NCBI GenBank assembly: GCA_903907175.1
Contig: CAIVNB010000036.1
Coordinates: forward strand, 1-53,977
Length of the DNA stretch: 53,977 nt
Source: an uncultured bacterium
GTDB lineage: Bacteria > Patescibacteriota > Minisyncoccia > Phycocordibacterales > UBA9973
Reading direction: 5' to 3'
This document shows, in pieces, positions 45,301-53,977 of the stretch. The translations under genes and the position numbers were made by a program. The notes under the pieces are model-generated. The model ran no database searches. It saw only the letters and a list, made by a program, of their open reading frames with translations, and was not told the origin of the DNA. Within the stretch, counting starts at the first letter, position 1. Every line of letters begins with the position of its first letter.

Positions 45301-48300
45301 TGCAACTGGAAGTTCTTCTAGCAATGGAGGAGGTGGAGGAGGCGGTAGGATATCTTTCACTGCAGGAACAAATTTAAATTTTTCTGGAACCCCTACTATT
45401 ACAGTTACAGCTGGATCAAGTGGGTCTGGTTCGCCTACTGCGGGAGTTGGAACAGTATATGGTATTATGTATTCTGGAGTAACTAGTCCTACTGCTGGGC
45501 AGACATTAAAAACACTTTCAACAGTTACAGGAACTTCCGGAGATTATAGTGGTGGTACTATTACTGGTGTTAAAGTTTCTATAAATAAAGGAGGTTTATG
45601 TTGGGGTGGAAGTAGTTTTAATCAAGCCTGTCCATATTTTACTTCCAACAGTGCAACAAATACTGGTACAAATTTTTCAACTTGGTCTTTTGCTTTTCCT
45701 TCATTCACAAGTTCACTAGCAGGAGATAGTATAACAATCCAATCACAAGCAACGTCTTCTACCTCAGGAACTGAAGCCGTAGGAGCCGGTGTCGCTTTTA
45801 CTTTCGATAATGTTGCACCAACAAATCAAGATACAGTTTTTAGCACAAACACAGAAAGGCAAAGTGGAGCTAACGTAACAGTAACCAGTGCAGCAGAGAC
45901 AGGTGGTGCAATATGGTTTGCACCAAATGGAACTTCAACATTTTCTGCTGGAGCAACTATGACTACTGCTAGTGGAACAGCGACATTGATTGCTGCACCA
46001 GCTACAGTAGGAGCTTATCGTCTATATATTATCGACGCAGCGGGTAACGTTTCTTCTGCATCGACAGCTATTTTAACTGTTGATAATACTGCACCGACAA
46101 TAACTTCTACTACACCAACAACGAATGCATATATTAGTACTTCAACAGTTAGTTATACTTTAACAGAAGCAAATACGGTAGCTTCCGGATCAGTAACTTG
46201 GACAAGAACAGGTGGGACAGCCGATGCCGGTTCACCACATATACAAGCTCTAACTGGTGCAGAATTAAATATTGGAGCCCATGCAAATATTACTCTAACA
46301 AATAATCCGACTCTCGTTGATGGAACTATATATGCGATTACATTTGATGCTACAGATAATTCTGGAAATGCTGCAACTCAAGTTTCAAGTACTGGAGTTA
46401 CTTACGATACAATTCCACCTGGAGTGACTCTCTCAACAACGGTCGTCGGAGGTTTAACGAATTTACCGATACCAGTCACTGTTACCTTTACAGAAGATGT
46501 AACAGGTTTTGACAGCACTGATATTACCCTTGGAAGTGGAACAGTATCTTCATTCTCTGGAACAGGTTCCGTTTATACATTTACCGCTAATCCAACTTCT
46601 CAAGGAACTGAAACAATTAACATCGCTGGAAGTAAGGCAGTAGACTTAGCGGGAAATAACAACACAGCTGCGACACAATTATCTATAACCTATGATACCC
46701 AAGCACCGACGGTGACCTATCCGACAAACGTTGCCCAAAGGTTAATGAGTACAAATACTTCGACTTCTACAGTTGCACTAGATGAAGCGGGAATAATTTA
46801 TTTAGTAAAAAATGGAACGGGTTCATTAACTGCTCAAGCAGATTCTGCTAACCTCACTGGTCTTGTAATCAGTGGCTCACCTTCGGGCTACACATTTTCA
46901 GGTGGTACATATATTTATAATGGAGTGACGACAGGATCAAGTAGTGTGACAGTAACTCCGACAGGTGCAGGAACGATCACAGTCAATGGTACAGTAGTCG
47001 CATCAGGAGTTGCCTCAAGTGCAATTGATTTAAGTGGTGGCACAGAACAGACGGTCACTGTGACGGTAGTAGAAACGAATAAAAATTTAAAAACTTACGT
47101 TGTTAAGATACTTAAAGTATTATCTTCAACTGGTGGAAATTTTGTAACAGAAAGTGGTGGTTATCGTACTCATGTATTTACTAGTAGTGGAACTTTTACT
47201 TCTAGTGGCTCTTTGACAGGAGAGGTTTTTCTTGTCGGAGGTGGAGGAGGTGCTGCAATATATTCTGGTAGAGGTGGAAATGGTGGTCAGGTAATTGATA
47301 ACGCTTCAGCTTCTATTTCTAGTGGTTCTACTACTGTTACAGTAGGTAGCAATGGTCTTGGAGCGGCAAATTGGCCAGCTCCTTGGAATGGACCAGCAGG
47401 GCAAAATGGAAGCTCTTCGTATTTTGGAGCATTAGTAGCTACGGGTGGAACTGGAGGATCTAGTGCTTGTTGTCAGAGAGGAGGTGATGGTGCTGGTGGT
47501 CAAGGAGGTTCGTATAATACTGGCACTACAAGAGGACTTGGCGGTCCTGGTGTTACTTATAATAACTTTTCTGGATCACCAGTGACCTACTTTGCAGCTG
47601 GTGGAAATAGTGGTGATGGAGGAGCAATTGGTGGAACAAATACTGGAACTGGTGGAGGTGCAATAAACTCAAGTGCCGGTGGACAAAATGGTGGTACTGG
47701 TATCGTTATAGTTAAAATACCTATTGGGGGGACTCAAACTCCAATGCAGACTATTCCAACTTTAAGTTCAACCTACGGAACAAACGTTTCAACAACAATT
47801 TCATCTTCAGGTGCAAATGCAATTTATTACACAACTGATGGAACAAACCCTACTGTAAGTAGTACTTTATATACAGGAGCAATTACTACAAGTAGTGCAA
47901 GAACAATAAAAGCAATTGCAGTGAGAACAGGATATGACAATAGTCCTATCGCAACTATTTCATACGTAGTTGATTGGAATAATGCAATTAATGTCGGGCA
48001 TACGGCATTTAGTGTTGCTAACCCTGCCACTGCGACGACTCCTTATCAGGCTACTTTACCAGCTGGTTTAATTGATGGAGCATATGATGCTGTCGCAATA
48101 GATACAATCGGAAATACATCCGCCCCACTTACTAGTTGGTTGACAGTAGACAATACTGCACCGACAATAACGGTAACTTCGAACGCGACTGGCTCAGGAT
48201 GGTTGAAGATTGGTGATACAATTGTTTTCACAATCACACCTACGACGACTGAAGCTGATGCTACAGTAAATGCAGTTACTTATAATGGTGAGGCTCTTAC

Positions 48301-51300
48301 TTGGAGTACGGCAGATAGTGGGGCACATTATACTGCCACCTATACAGTGATCCAAGGTCAGACTGACCAAGCATCTCCGCTTCAATTGACCGGAGTTACT
48401 TTAACTGATGTCGCAGGGAATGTCAGTACTTCGGCAGGTACCTCAGATGTCGCAAAAAAAATTGATGCAAATTTACCAACAAACCAAAATTCAGTTTTTC
48501 CTTCTAACTTTGCAACTCAAGGAGGTGGTACTGTTACAATAAATTCATCCGGGGATACGACAAATGGTGTTTGGTTTGCCCCAGCAGGTACGACTACTTT
48601 TGTCGAAGGAACTACGATGACGAAGACGACAAATGGTCTTGCTACTTCAATCCTTGCCCCAGTCACAGATGGAATATATAAATTATTTGTTATTGATGCA
48701 TCCGGAAATATTTCAAGTGCTTCAACTGTAACTCTAACCGTAGATGCAATTGCTCCGACTACTTCTGCTCCGATTAATGTTGCTCAAGTATTAAAAGGCG
48801 GAGCAGTGTCAACTTCTACGGTTCAAACAAATGAACAAGGAAAAATATATTTAATTAAAAATGGAGTGGCTGCGGCTACTCAAGCGAATCTAGATGCAGC
48901 AGTTAATACTAATCACAATGGATTCGTCGGTCAGACTACTGCTTCGGGAGGTATTGCTTATACGGTAACTTTACCGGCAGACTTAGTGGATGGAGTATAT
49001 GATATTGTCGGAGTAGACTTAGTCGGAAACATTTCGAGTCCACTTGCTGGTTGGCTAACAGTTGATAATACTGCACCGACATCTATCGTAACAAGCCCAA
49101 CAGACAATCAACTCGTCGGGGCTCTTACTTCTATTTCTGGAACTGCTACTGACACTCACTCCATCAGTGCTCAAAGTATTTCTATTAAAAATACCACAAC
49201 CAATAAATGGTATAACGGTACGAGTTTCACCGACGACACAGAAAATTTCTTAACTGTGACTCCGGGGGCAACTTGGACTTACTCTACTTCGGGAATTACC
49301 TGGTCTTCTAATACTTCTTATATTTTGAAAACCAAAGCTACTGATATTGCAGGAAACGTTGAGACTCCTGGTGCTGGTACAACATTCACTATAGATAGTA
49401 TTGCTCCAGTATCGGTAATTACTGCTCCTATAGATGCTTCTTTTAAAAATGCAGTAACTTCAATTTCTGGAACTGCGACAGATACGGGAACTGTTTCCTT
49501 GTCAGAAATATCAATAGAAAGATTATCGGATCATCAGTGGTACAGTAGCGGATCATTTTCATCGGGCACAGAAGTATTTTTAGCTGCTACCGGAACAACC
49601 GCTTGGTCTTATGCGATAACTTCTGATAAATTTACTACCAATACTGAGTACAAAATAAAATCTCGTTCTACGGACGATGCAAGTAATGTCGAAACTCCAG
49701 GAGCAGGAATTACGTTTACTTTTGATACGACCTTACCTACTTCTACCATTACTGCGATTTGTAGTGTAGGAGGAAATGGTTGTACTACTGTCGGCCAAGC
49801 ATCTAGTCCTCAAGAATCATTTAGCGTTCAATCAATTGCTGGTACTACTACCGATACGGCAGGAGGAGCAGGGGTTGCCTCAGTAGAAGTTTCAATAAAA
49901 GATACCACTACGAACAAATGGTACAGTGGAGCATCTTTTGTGGATAGCACAGAGACTTATCTTCCGGCCGTGGGTACTGATACTTGGAGTTACAATTCTT
50001 CAGCAATGTCTTTGGTGATCGGACATATTTATCTAATTCATGCAAAATCAATCGATAATGCTACTAACGTACAAAGTCCTGTTCAAGCTCTTTCTTTCCA
50101 ATTCACTAACTCTCCGCCGACTGTTTCCGCTGTGACTGCTTCGCAAGATTCAAATGGAGTAGTGAATATTACTTACAATGTTACTGATAATGAATCTTCT
50201 CAAACCACAAATTATCTTTTCTATGGGGTTTGGGCTACCTTGAGTGGCACAACCACAAGTGGAGCAACTTCATTCACTCTTTCAGATGCAACAAACTTTC
50301 CAGCTAGTGGAACGATTCTCATCGATGATGAAATAATAACTTACACGAGTAAGTCAGGAAATATTTTACAAGGACTTACTAGAGGAGCTTCTGGAACAAC
50401 TCCATTTGCGCACACAGATGGGGAAGTATATATAAAAGCTAATTCTGCCACTGGAAGTGGTATCGGATTATCAGACAAAGGAACAGGAAAAATCATAACT
50501 TGGCAAGCAAGTACGGATGCTGATGGTTATGAAAGTACTAGTGAAGTAATAAAAGTTGTTGCGAACGACGGGGCGACTGGTTCAATGATAGGCTCTGCTC
50601 CTTCTCCTCAATTTATTCTTGATGCGGCTAAACCTACTCTAACGGTTACCACTTTCTTAATAAACGATACTGATGCTGATGTCGTTGCAACTTCTCCGAA
50701 TGTAGTTTTCAAACTTCAAAATGTTGTGGGTCATCCAGCCAATGAAAATATTCATATAAAGTTTTCCAAAGATAGTGGAACTACTTGGTATGGAGCAAAT
50801 GCAGATCACTCTCTAACTCTAGGAGGAGCGGGTTCAGAATTTTCTTCTGATCCAGCAGTATTAAGTACTCTATATTGGAATTTTACAATGGCCTCAAGAT
50901 CAGAAATTTGGATTGTAAAAATGACAGACAGTTCGAGTAACGTATCGACAACCGATGACAACACCGTTGGTTATAACGCAAAACCGGAATTTGATGCAAG
51001 TTTCGGAACGGATGGATTAAGTGTTTCTCAAATATCTGACAAACTAGATCTAAATTGGGGTAAGGTAAAAATAGATTATAAAGTTCGTGATACAGACAAC
51101 ACTTCTGCAACTCCGACATTTAGTTTTGATGGAACTGGTGGGACAAATTTTACAACAATAAATCAAGCAGAAATATCTGGTATCTCAACAGACATAACCT
51201 CTACTTATACTTTACATACGGTGTACTGGACGCCTGTAGCAGAATCAGTTTCAACACTGAACGCTAGTTTTAAAGTTGAGATTAACGACGGAGAGCCAGT

Positions 51301-53977
51301 TGCTAACACTGCGTCAAAAACTATTTCATCTATTATAGTAGACGCAAAGAAGCCAGTAGTTGGAACTACTGTAACATTTGATGCAGGCGTAGCAGGGGTC
51401 GCAGAATCTGCAATTATAACAATCCCGAAACCTACTGACGATTCAGCTATTCAATATAGAATACAAGACAATGTTTCTAATTCTCCAGTAGTAGATACTG
51501 GATGGGTAAATCTCCTGTCTTCTACTACTATACCTTGGACTTTTGATTCCGATTCAGAAATAAAAACAATCAAATATGAATTTAGAGATGCATATGGGAA
51601 TATAACTTCCGAAACTTCCACCTCAACTCTCGCTCCAATAACATCAGGAACATTCTTAATACAAGATACGTCAAACATAAATGTTTCTCCTATGGTCAGT
51701 CAACTTTATATTAGTTGGCAACAATTAGATGCCCCAGCCACTGGTTTTAGCTCTTATAAATTAGAGTATGCTTATTCTACAAATGGCTCTTCGTATTCAA
51801 ATTATGCAGACGTACCAGACCCACTTAATTTATTGTCTAATTATTCTACGAATTATTATATTCACAAAGATTTAACTTCTACTTATTTCTACAAATATCG
51901 ATTAGGGGTAAAAGGTACAAATCAAAATATCTCGATGCGAGTAGGAGAATCTGTTATTGCAAAACCAGATGGTAGCCCTAACTATGGTGAAGGAGCAGGA
52001 GCTAGCATAAATTCTTCTACAGTAGAGAGTGTTGTACCTATTCAAAATGCTACAACAAAAAATGTAACTGTTACATACAAACTAACAGATGCTACAAATG
52101 ATAAAAAAACTTCACCGGCTTATGATGCACGAATATTTTATGATATTGGAGTTACTCTTGGGACAAATCCATATAATGGAACAACACTGAAAGTTTCAAG
52201 TACATCAAAATTAAAATCTTCGGGATATATACAAATAAATAATGAGGTTATTAAATACACGGGGAAAACAGATACTACTTTGACAGGACTTACGAGAGCC
52301 ACCTGGCCAACTGAAGACACTCGGGCTACGAGATCTAATGGTGTAAGTTTCTTGGCTGGTACTCCTGTTTGGGTCATGGCTTCAAATACCACGCCTACTA
52401 ATATTTCTGCTATTCCTGTAGACAACACTACTATCAAGAGTGGTTACAATGGAACAATTGCTTGGGACACATATTATGAATCTGCCCTAGCAGGTAGTAC
52501 TTATAGCGTTGTGCCTATTAGAGTTCTAGTTCATGATAACCAAGATGCTCTCTCGGGGCCTCTTTCAAGTCAGAGTGATTATTCAGAAAATGGTACATTA
52601 AGCGATTTTGATTTATCAGCTCCGACAATTTCTTTTAATGGTAGTACATCTTCTGGGTTGGAAAGTGTAACTCCAGCTACGTTTACTATCAATCTAAGTA
52701 GAGCTTATCCGATAAATTCTACGGTGCATTATGTTGTTACAGGGACTGCTCTCGGAAGTGGAGGAAATGCAGACTACAGCGGACTTGCATCAAGTGGTGA
52801 TATAACATTCACAGCAGGAGATACACAAAAGACTTTGATTGCAACAATAATAAATCATTCTCTTGTACGAGCAAATAAAACAATAATTGTAACATTATCA
52901 AGTCCTACAAATTCAACCCTAGGAACTAATCCAGTTTATACTTATACAATATTAAATCATGGAGCAGATACGACACCTCCAGTTGTGACATTAAGTGGAG
53001 ATGCTTCAATGCATGTTCTAAGTGGCACGACATTTTCAGATCCAGGGGCAACGGCGATAGATGATGTTGATGGAGATATAACTTCAAATATTGTTGTCAC
53101 AGGATTGCCTATCATGAATACTCCAAGCGCAACTCCTTATGTTGTTACTTATTCTTCAACAGATAGTTCAAATAATATTGGAACTGCAAATCGCGATGTT
53201 TATGTTGATGATGCAAATGCGGCAACTTTTGATATTACAGCAACTTCTGGCGCAAATGGTACAGTCACTCCAGATGGCGTGACAAATGTACTTGTTCATT
53301 CAAATAAAACTTACACCATTACTCCTTCCGATGGATATAAAGTTGCGACCATCACCGTAGATTCTGATTCTGTTACACCAACTGTTGGTATAAATCATTA
53401 TACTTTTACAAATATAACTGGACCTCATTCTATTACTGCAACATTCTCTGCATTGCCTGATACAACAAAACCTACAATTACACTTATTGGACTTGCAACT
53501 GTTCCAATCACTGTTGGTGATACGTATATTGATGCAGGTGCAACAGCTTCTGATACATACCTTGGAGTCACTACGGATTTAACTTCGAGTATTGAAGTTG
53601 TTAGTAGTGTAAATACATCAGTGTCTGGAACTTATAAAGTTAAATACACAGTTGCTGATGCAGCAGGAAATGTCGCAACAGCCACAAGAACTGTAAATGT
53701 TTCCTTAAATGCAACTTATACTATTACCGCAACAGCTGGTGCTCATGGAGCGATTTCTCCGATTGGTGCAACATCAATAACTACTGGGCATGACTCTACG
53801 TTTACCATCACCCCCGACGCAGGATATCAAACAGCAACTCTAACAATCGATGGCGTAGGTAGAGCAGTAGCATCTTCTTACACATTTACAAACGTAGTTG
53901 CTGATCATACAATTGCTGCTACATTTTCTGCAGCTGCTGATACTACAAAACCTACAATAACCATAATAGGACCAACC
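42308..53977 (+). CDS. Giant multidomain surface/adhesin-like protein, 3'-truncated (at least 3890 codons): Gly-rich domains, many Ig-like repeats, cadherin-like, chitobiase/Fn3-like, Calx-beta-like, DUF5011-like and InlB-B-like repeats
   Basis: ATG 42308 (MRKFLHEK...), basic N-terminus, hydrophobic segment and VEA|A. The last codons (DTTKPTITIIGPT) are in the same frame, and the ORF track lists no closed ORF in this frame. Recurring DxTAP / DxAGN Ig motifs, YYTTDGTNP and FTAGDTQKT. Confidence 0.92.
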   Translation, partial: MRKFLHEKIKFLKNSTIWLIDKTNLDFFYRRRVRDKLKLLENFKNQKIINFKNKLTTSNYKKMENLLKQINRKRKNISQLFREVKKIKRAQVLVSLVLIFSLVSFFYNPKLVEAAGTVNITYSTSPAKTGVVTITATYSKAVPQTPNISINQPGSIDISNQPMTGSGTTWTYDYTVNSANGSTYIDGTTTVTLSNEFTPAVSATGGTITYTDSSGLNPRSSPAYSGGYTVHTFITGGTFSVVSAGIVDALIVAGGGGGGYYNGGGGGAGGVIYNTSYSTTTGNITITVGTGGDGGVSGNNTSAYGKNGGNSVFASLTAYGGGGGDNAYYGLGAGNAGGSGGGGNGGGSGETGQGYRGGNFAGGAVNGGGGGAGGIGGQSNGGTGISNSILGSSNDYAGGGGGGQLGSGSYGGGSGGGQAKTLATAGTDGTGGGGGGGGGGYDPYAIGRKGGSGIVIVRYPTDAQTFNASNNTFSIDTTSPALSGATIASVTADTTPDFTFTSSEAGTISYGGSCSSAITSAISGSNTVTFNTLTNGTYSNCTVTVTDVATNASTALSVPTFLVDSTALILSSGTHAYNAYTWSNYANVYIIGAASFQGGANAFNFGAANLSIKSGGSLITLPSATTGSGAVGVTISTTGNITIDSGGSINGAGRGYAGGATSSSGKGEGAGAYGQWEGSNGASHGGTGGKGISNGAVAATYGSSTSPVTLGSGGGGYGNGSGGAGGGAIKLSTSGIVTVNGTISTNGSNGSGGGGAGGSVWIVAGTLIGSNDAIISANGGTGGGYNGGGGAGRIKLETTGVDTYAGSVKVEGSRGLTAGNSGSIERTVGTPGTITIAAGKTVIWTKGDHTFNNVIIESTGVLSGGLAEAGGTGASYMSYYYGGGTGPGRSGFDSSGGAGHGGVGASGNTSHSSYGAGGSTYDSATAPALTGSGGGGGDGGIYGGSGGGAIKLTITGTLTNNGSILANATAGTGGGGGSGGSVWINAPGATVTGAGVYSATGSSSSNGGGGGGGRISFTAGTNLNFSGTPTITVTAGSSGSGSPTAGVGTVYGIMYSGVTSPTAGQTLKTLSTVTGTSGDYSGGTITGVKVSINKGGLCWGGSSFNQACPYFTSNSATNTGTNFSTWSFAFPSFTSSLAGDSITIQSQATSSTSGTEAVGAGVAFTFDNVAPTNQDTVFSTNTERQSGANVTVTSAAETGGAIWFAPNGTSTFSAGATMTTASGTATLIAAPATVGAYRLYIIDAAGNVSSASTAILTVDNTAPTITSTTPTTNAYISTSTVSYTLTEANTVASGSVTWTRTGGTADAGSPHIQALTGAELNIGAHANITLTNNPTLVDGTIYAITFDATDNSGNAATQVSSTGVTYDTIPPGVTLSTTVVGGLTNLPIPVTVTFTEDVTGFDSTDITLGSGTVSSFSGTGSVYTFTANPTSQGTETINIAGSKAVDLAGNNNTAATQLSITYDTQAPTVTYPTNVAQRLMSTNTSTSTVALDEAGIIYLVKNGTGSLTAQADSANLTGLVISGSPSGYTFSGGTYIYNGVTTGSSSVTVTPTGAGTITVNGTVVASGVASSAIDLSGGTEQTVTVTVVETNKNLKTYVVKILKVLSSTGGNFVTESGGYRTHVFTSSGTFTSSGSLTGEVFLVGGGGGAAIYSGRGGNGGQVIDNASASISSGSTTVTVGSNGLGAANWPAPWNGPAGQNGSSSYFGALVATGGTGGSSACCQRGGDGAGGQGGSYNTGTTRGLGGPGVTYNNFSGSPVTYFAAGGNSGDGGAIGGTNTGTGGGAINSSAGGQNGGTGIVIVKIPIGGTQTPMQTIPTLSSTYGTNVSTTISSSGANAIYYTTDGTNPTVSSTLYTGAITTSSARTIKAIAVRTGYDNSPIATISYVVDWNNAINVGHTAFSVANPATATTPYQATLPAGLIDGAYDAVAIDTIGNTSAPLTSWLTVDNTAPTITVTSNATGSGWLKIGDTIVFTITPTTTEADATVNAVTYNGEALTWSTADSGAHYTATYTVIQGQTDQASPLQLTGVTLTDVAGNVSTSAGTSDVAKKIDANLPTNQNSVFPSNFATQGGGTVTINSSGDTTNGVWFAPAGTTTFVEGTTMTKTTNGLATSILAPVTDGIYKLFVIDASGNISSASTVTLTVDAIAPTTSAPINVAQVLKGGAVSTSTVQTNEQGKIYLIKNGVAAATQANLDAAVNTNHNGFVGQTTASGGIAYTVTLPADLVDGVYDIVGVDLVGNISSPLAGWLTVDNTAPTSIVTSPTDNQLVGALTSISGTATDTHSISAQSISIKNTTTNKWYNGTSFTDDTENFLTVTPGATWTYSTSGITWSSNTSYILKTKATDIAGNVETPGAGTTFTIDSIAPVSVITAPIDASFKNAVTSISGTATDTGTVSLSEISIERLSDHQWYSSGSFSSGTEVFLAATGTTAWSYAITSDKFTTNTEYKIKSRSTDDASNVETPGAGITFTFDTTLPTSTITAICSVGGNGCTTVGQASSPQESFSVQSIAGTTTDTAGGAGVASVEVSIKDTTTNKWYSGASFVDSTETYLPAVGTDTWSYNSSAMSLVIGHIYLIHAKSIDNATNVQSPVQALSFQFTNSPPTVSAVTASQDSNGVVNITYNVTDNESSQTTNYLFYGVWATLSGTTTSGATSFTLSDATNFPASGTILIDDEIITYTSKSGNILQGLTRGASGTTPFAHTDGEVYIKANSATGSGIGLSDKGTGKIITWQASTDADGYESTSEVIKVVANDGATGSMIGSAPSPQFILDAAKPTLTVTTFLINDTDADVVATSPNVVFKLQNVVGHPANENIHIKFSKDSGTTWYGANADHSLTLGGAGSEFSSDPAVLSTLYWNFTMASRSEIWIVKMTDSSSNVSTTDDNTVGYNAKPEFDASFGTDGLSVSQISDKLDLNWGKVKIDYKVRDTDNTSATPTFSFDGTGGTNFTTINQAEISGISTDITSTYTLHTVYWTPVAESVSTLNASFKVEINDGEPVANTASKTISSIIVDAKKPVVGTTVTFDAGVAGVAESAIITIPKPTDDSAIQYRIQDNVSNSPVVDTGWVNLLSSTTIPWTFDSDSEIKTIKYEFRDAYGNITSETSTSTLAPITSGTFLIQDTSNINVSPMVSQLYISWQQLDAPATGFSSYKLEYAYSTNGSSYSNYADVPDPLNLLSNYSTNYYIHKDLTSTYFYKYRLGVKGTNQNISMRVGESVIAKPDGSPNYGEGAGASINSSTVESVVPIQNATTKNVTVTYKLTDATNDKKTSPAYDARIFYDIGVTLGTNPYNGTTLKVSSTSKLKSSGYIQINNEVIKYTGKTDTTLTGLTRATWPTEDTRATRSNGVSFLAGTPVWVMASNTTPTNISAIPVDNTTIKSGYNGTIAWDTYYESALAGSTYSVVPIRVLVHDNQDALSGPLSSQSDYSENGTLSDFDLSAPTISFNGSTSSGLESVTPATFTINLSRAYPINSTVHYVVTGTALGSGGNADYSGLASSGDITFTAGDTQKTLIATIINHSLVRANKTIIVTLSSPTNSTLGTNPVYTYTILNHGADTTPPVVTLSGDASMHVLSGTTFSDPGATAIDDVDGDITSNIVVTGLPIMNTPSATPYVVTYSSTDSSNNIGTANRDVYVDDANAATFDITATSGANGTVTPDGVTNVLVHSNKTYTITPSDGYKVATITVDSDSVTPTVGINHYTFTNITGPHSITATFSALPDTTKPTITLIGLATVPITVGDTYIDAGATASDTYLGVTTDLTSSIEVVSSVNTSVSGTYKVKYTVADAAGNVATATRTVNVSLNATYTITATAGAHGAISPIGATSITTGHDSTFTITPDAGYQTATLTIDGVGRAVASSYTFTNVVADHTIAATFSAAADTTKPTITIIGPT

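Noticed and set aside
43488..52437. Short ORFs listed by the track within 43.4-52.4 kb
   Set aside because: Alternative-frame or antisense shadows of the giant Gly/Thr-rich ORF.
1..53977. Alternative genetic code (TGA read as Gly, as in Gracilibacteria/Absconditabacteria)
   Set aside because: Conserved genes translate full-length under code 11, and TGA stops are followed closely by terminators (218, 2303, 8178, 20039).

Overview
AT-rich bacterial chromosome segment using standard code 11. Gene content points to a Patescibacteria/CPR (Parcubacteria-like) genome; this is inferred from leaderless genes, Cys-rich Zn-ribbon paralogues and short in-frame palindromes. Layout: (1-2.3 kb) a run of orphan, mostly secreted or membrane-anchored ORFs, each closed by its own terminator; (2.4-7.9 kb) two secreted proteins built from ~80-aa Cys-paired Ig/PKD-like repeats; (8-15.5 kb) an unannotated 35-aa membrane peptide, CDF transporter, cytidylyltransferase, two GH130 genes, hpf and a Cys-rich protein; (15.6-29.7 kb) fmt, def, hisS, lepB, pth, an orphan, dnaE, rsmE, gap-rpiB-rpe-tktN-tktC, pfkB; (29.7-35 kb) LTD/PKD surface protein and a MacAB-like ABC system; (35.1-41.6 kb) infA-rpmJ-rpsM-rpsK-rpsD-rpoA-rplQ-rplM-rpsI, grpE and a second Cys-rich paralogue; (41.7 kb-end) a MerR-type HTH gene divergent from a giant surface protein (42308 to beyond 53977, at least 3890 codons, absent from the ORF track because it has no stop in the window). 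Best candidate for a new system: a recurring cassette found only on orphan genes, made of a sigma70 promoter, a boxA-like motif, a long G-U-rich RNA hairpin, the ORF and a terminator (3 clear copies, 1 partial), set against housekeeping genes that are largely leaderless. Also notable: nested in-frame domain insertions in the giant protein, and palindromic or heptamer DNA inserted in-frame into dnaE, rsmE and fmt. No rRNA, tRNA, CRISPR array or transposase was recognised. All domain calls are from motif recognition by eye, not database searches.
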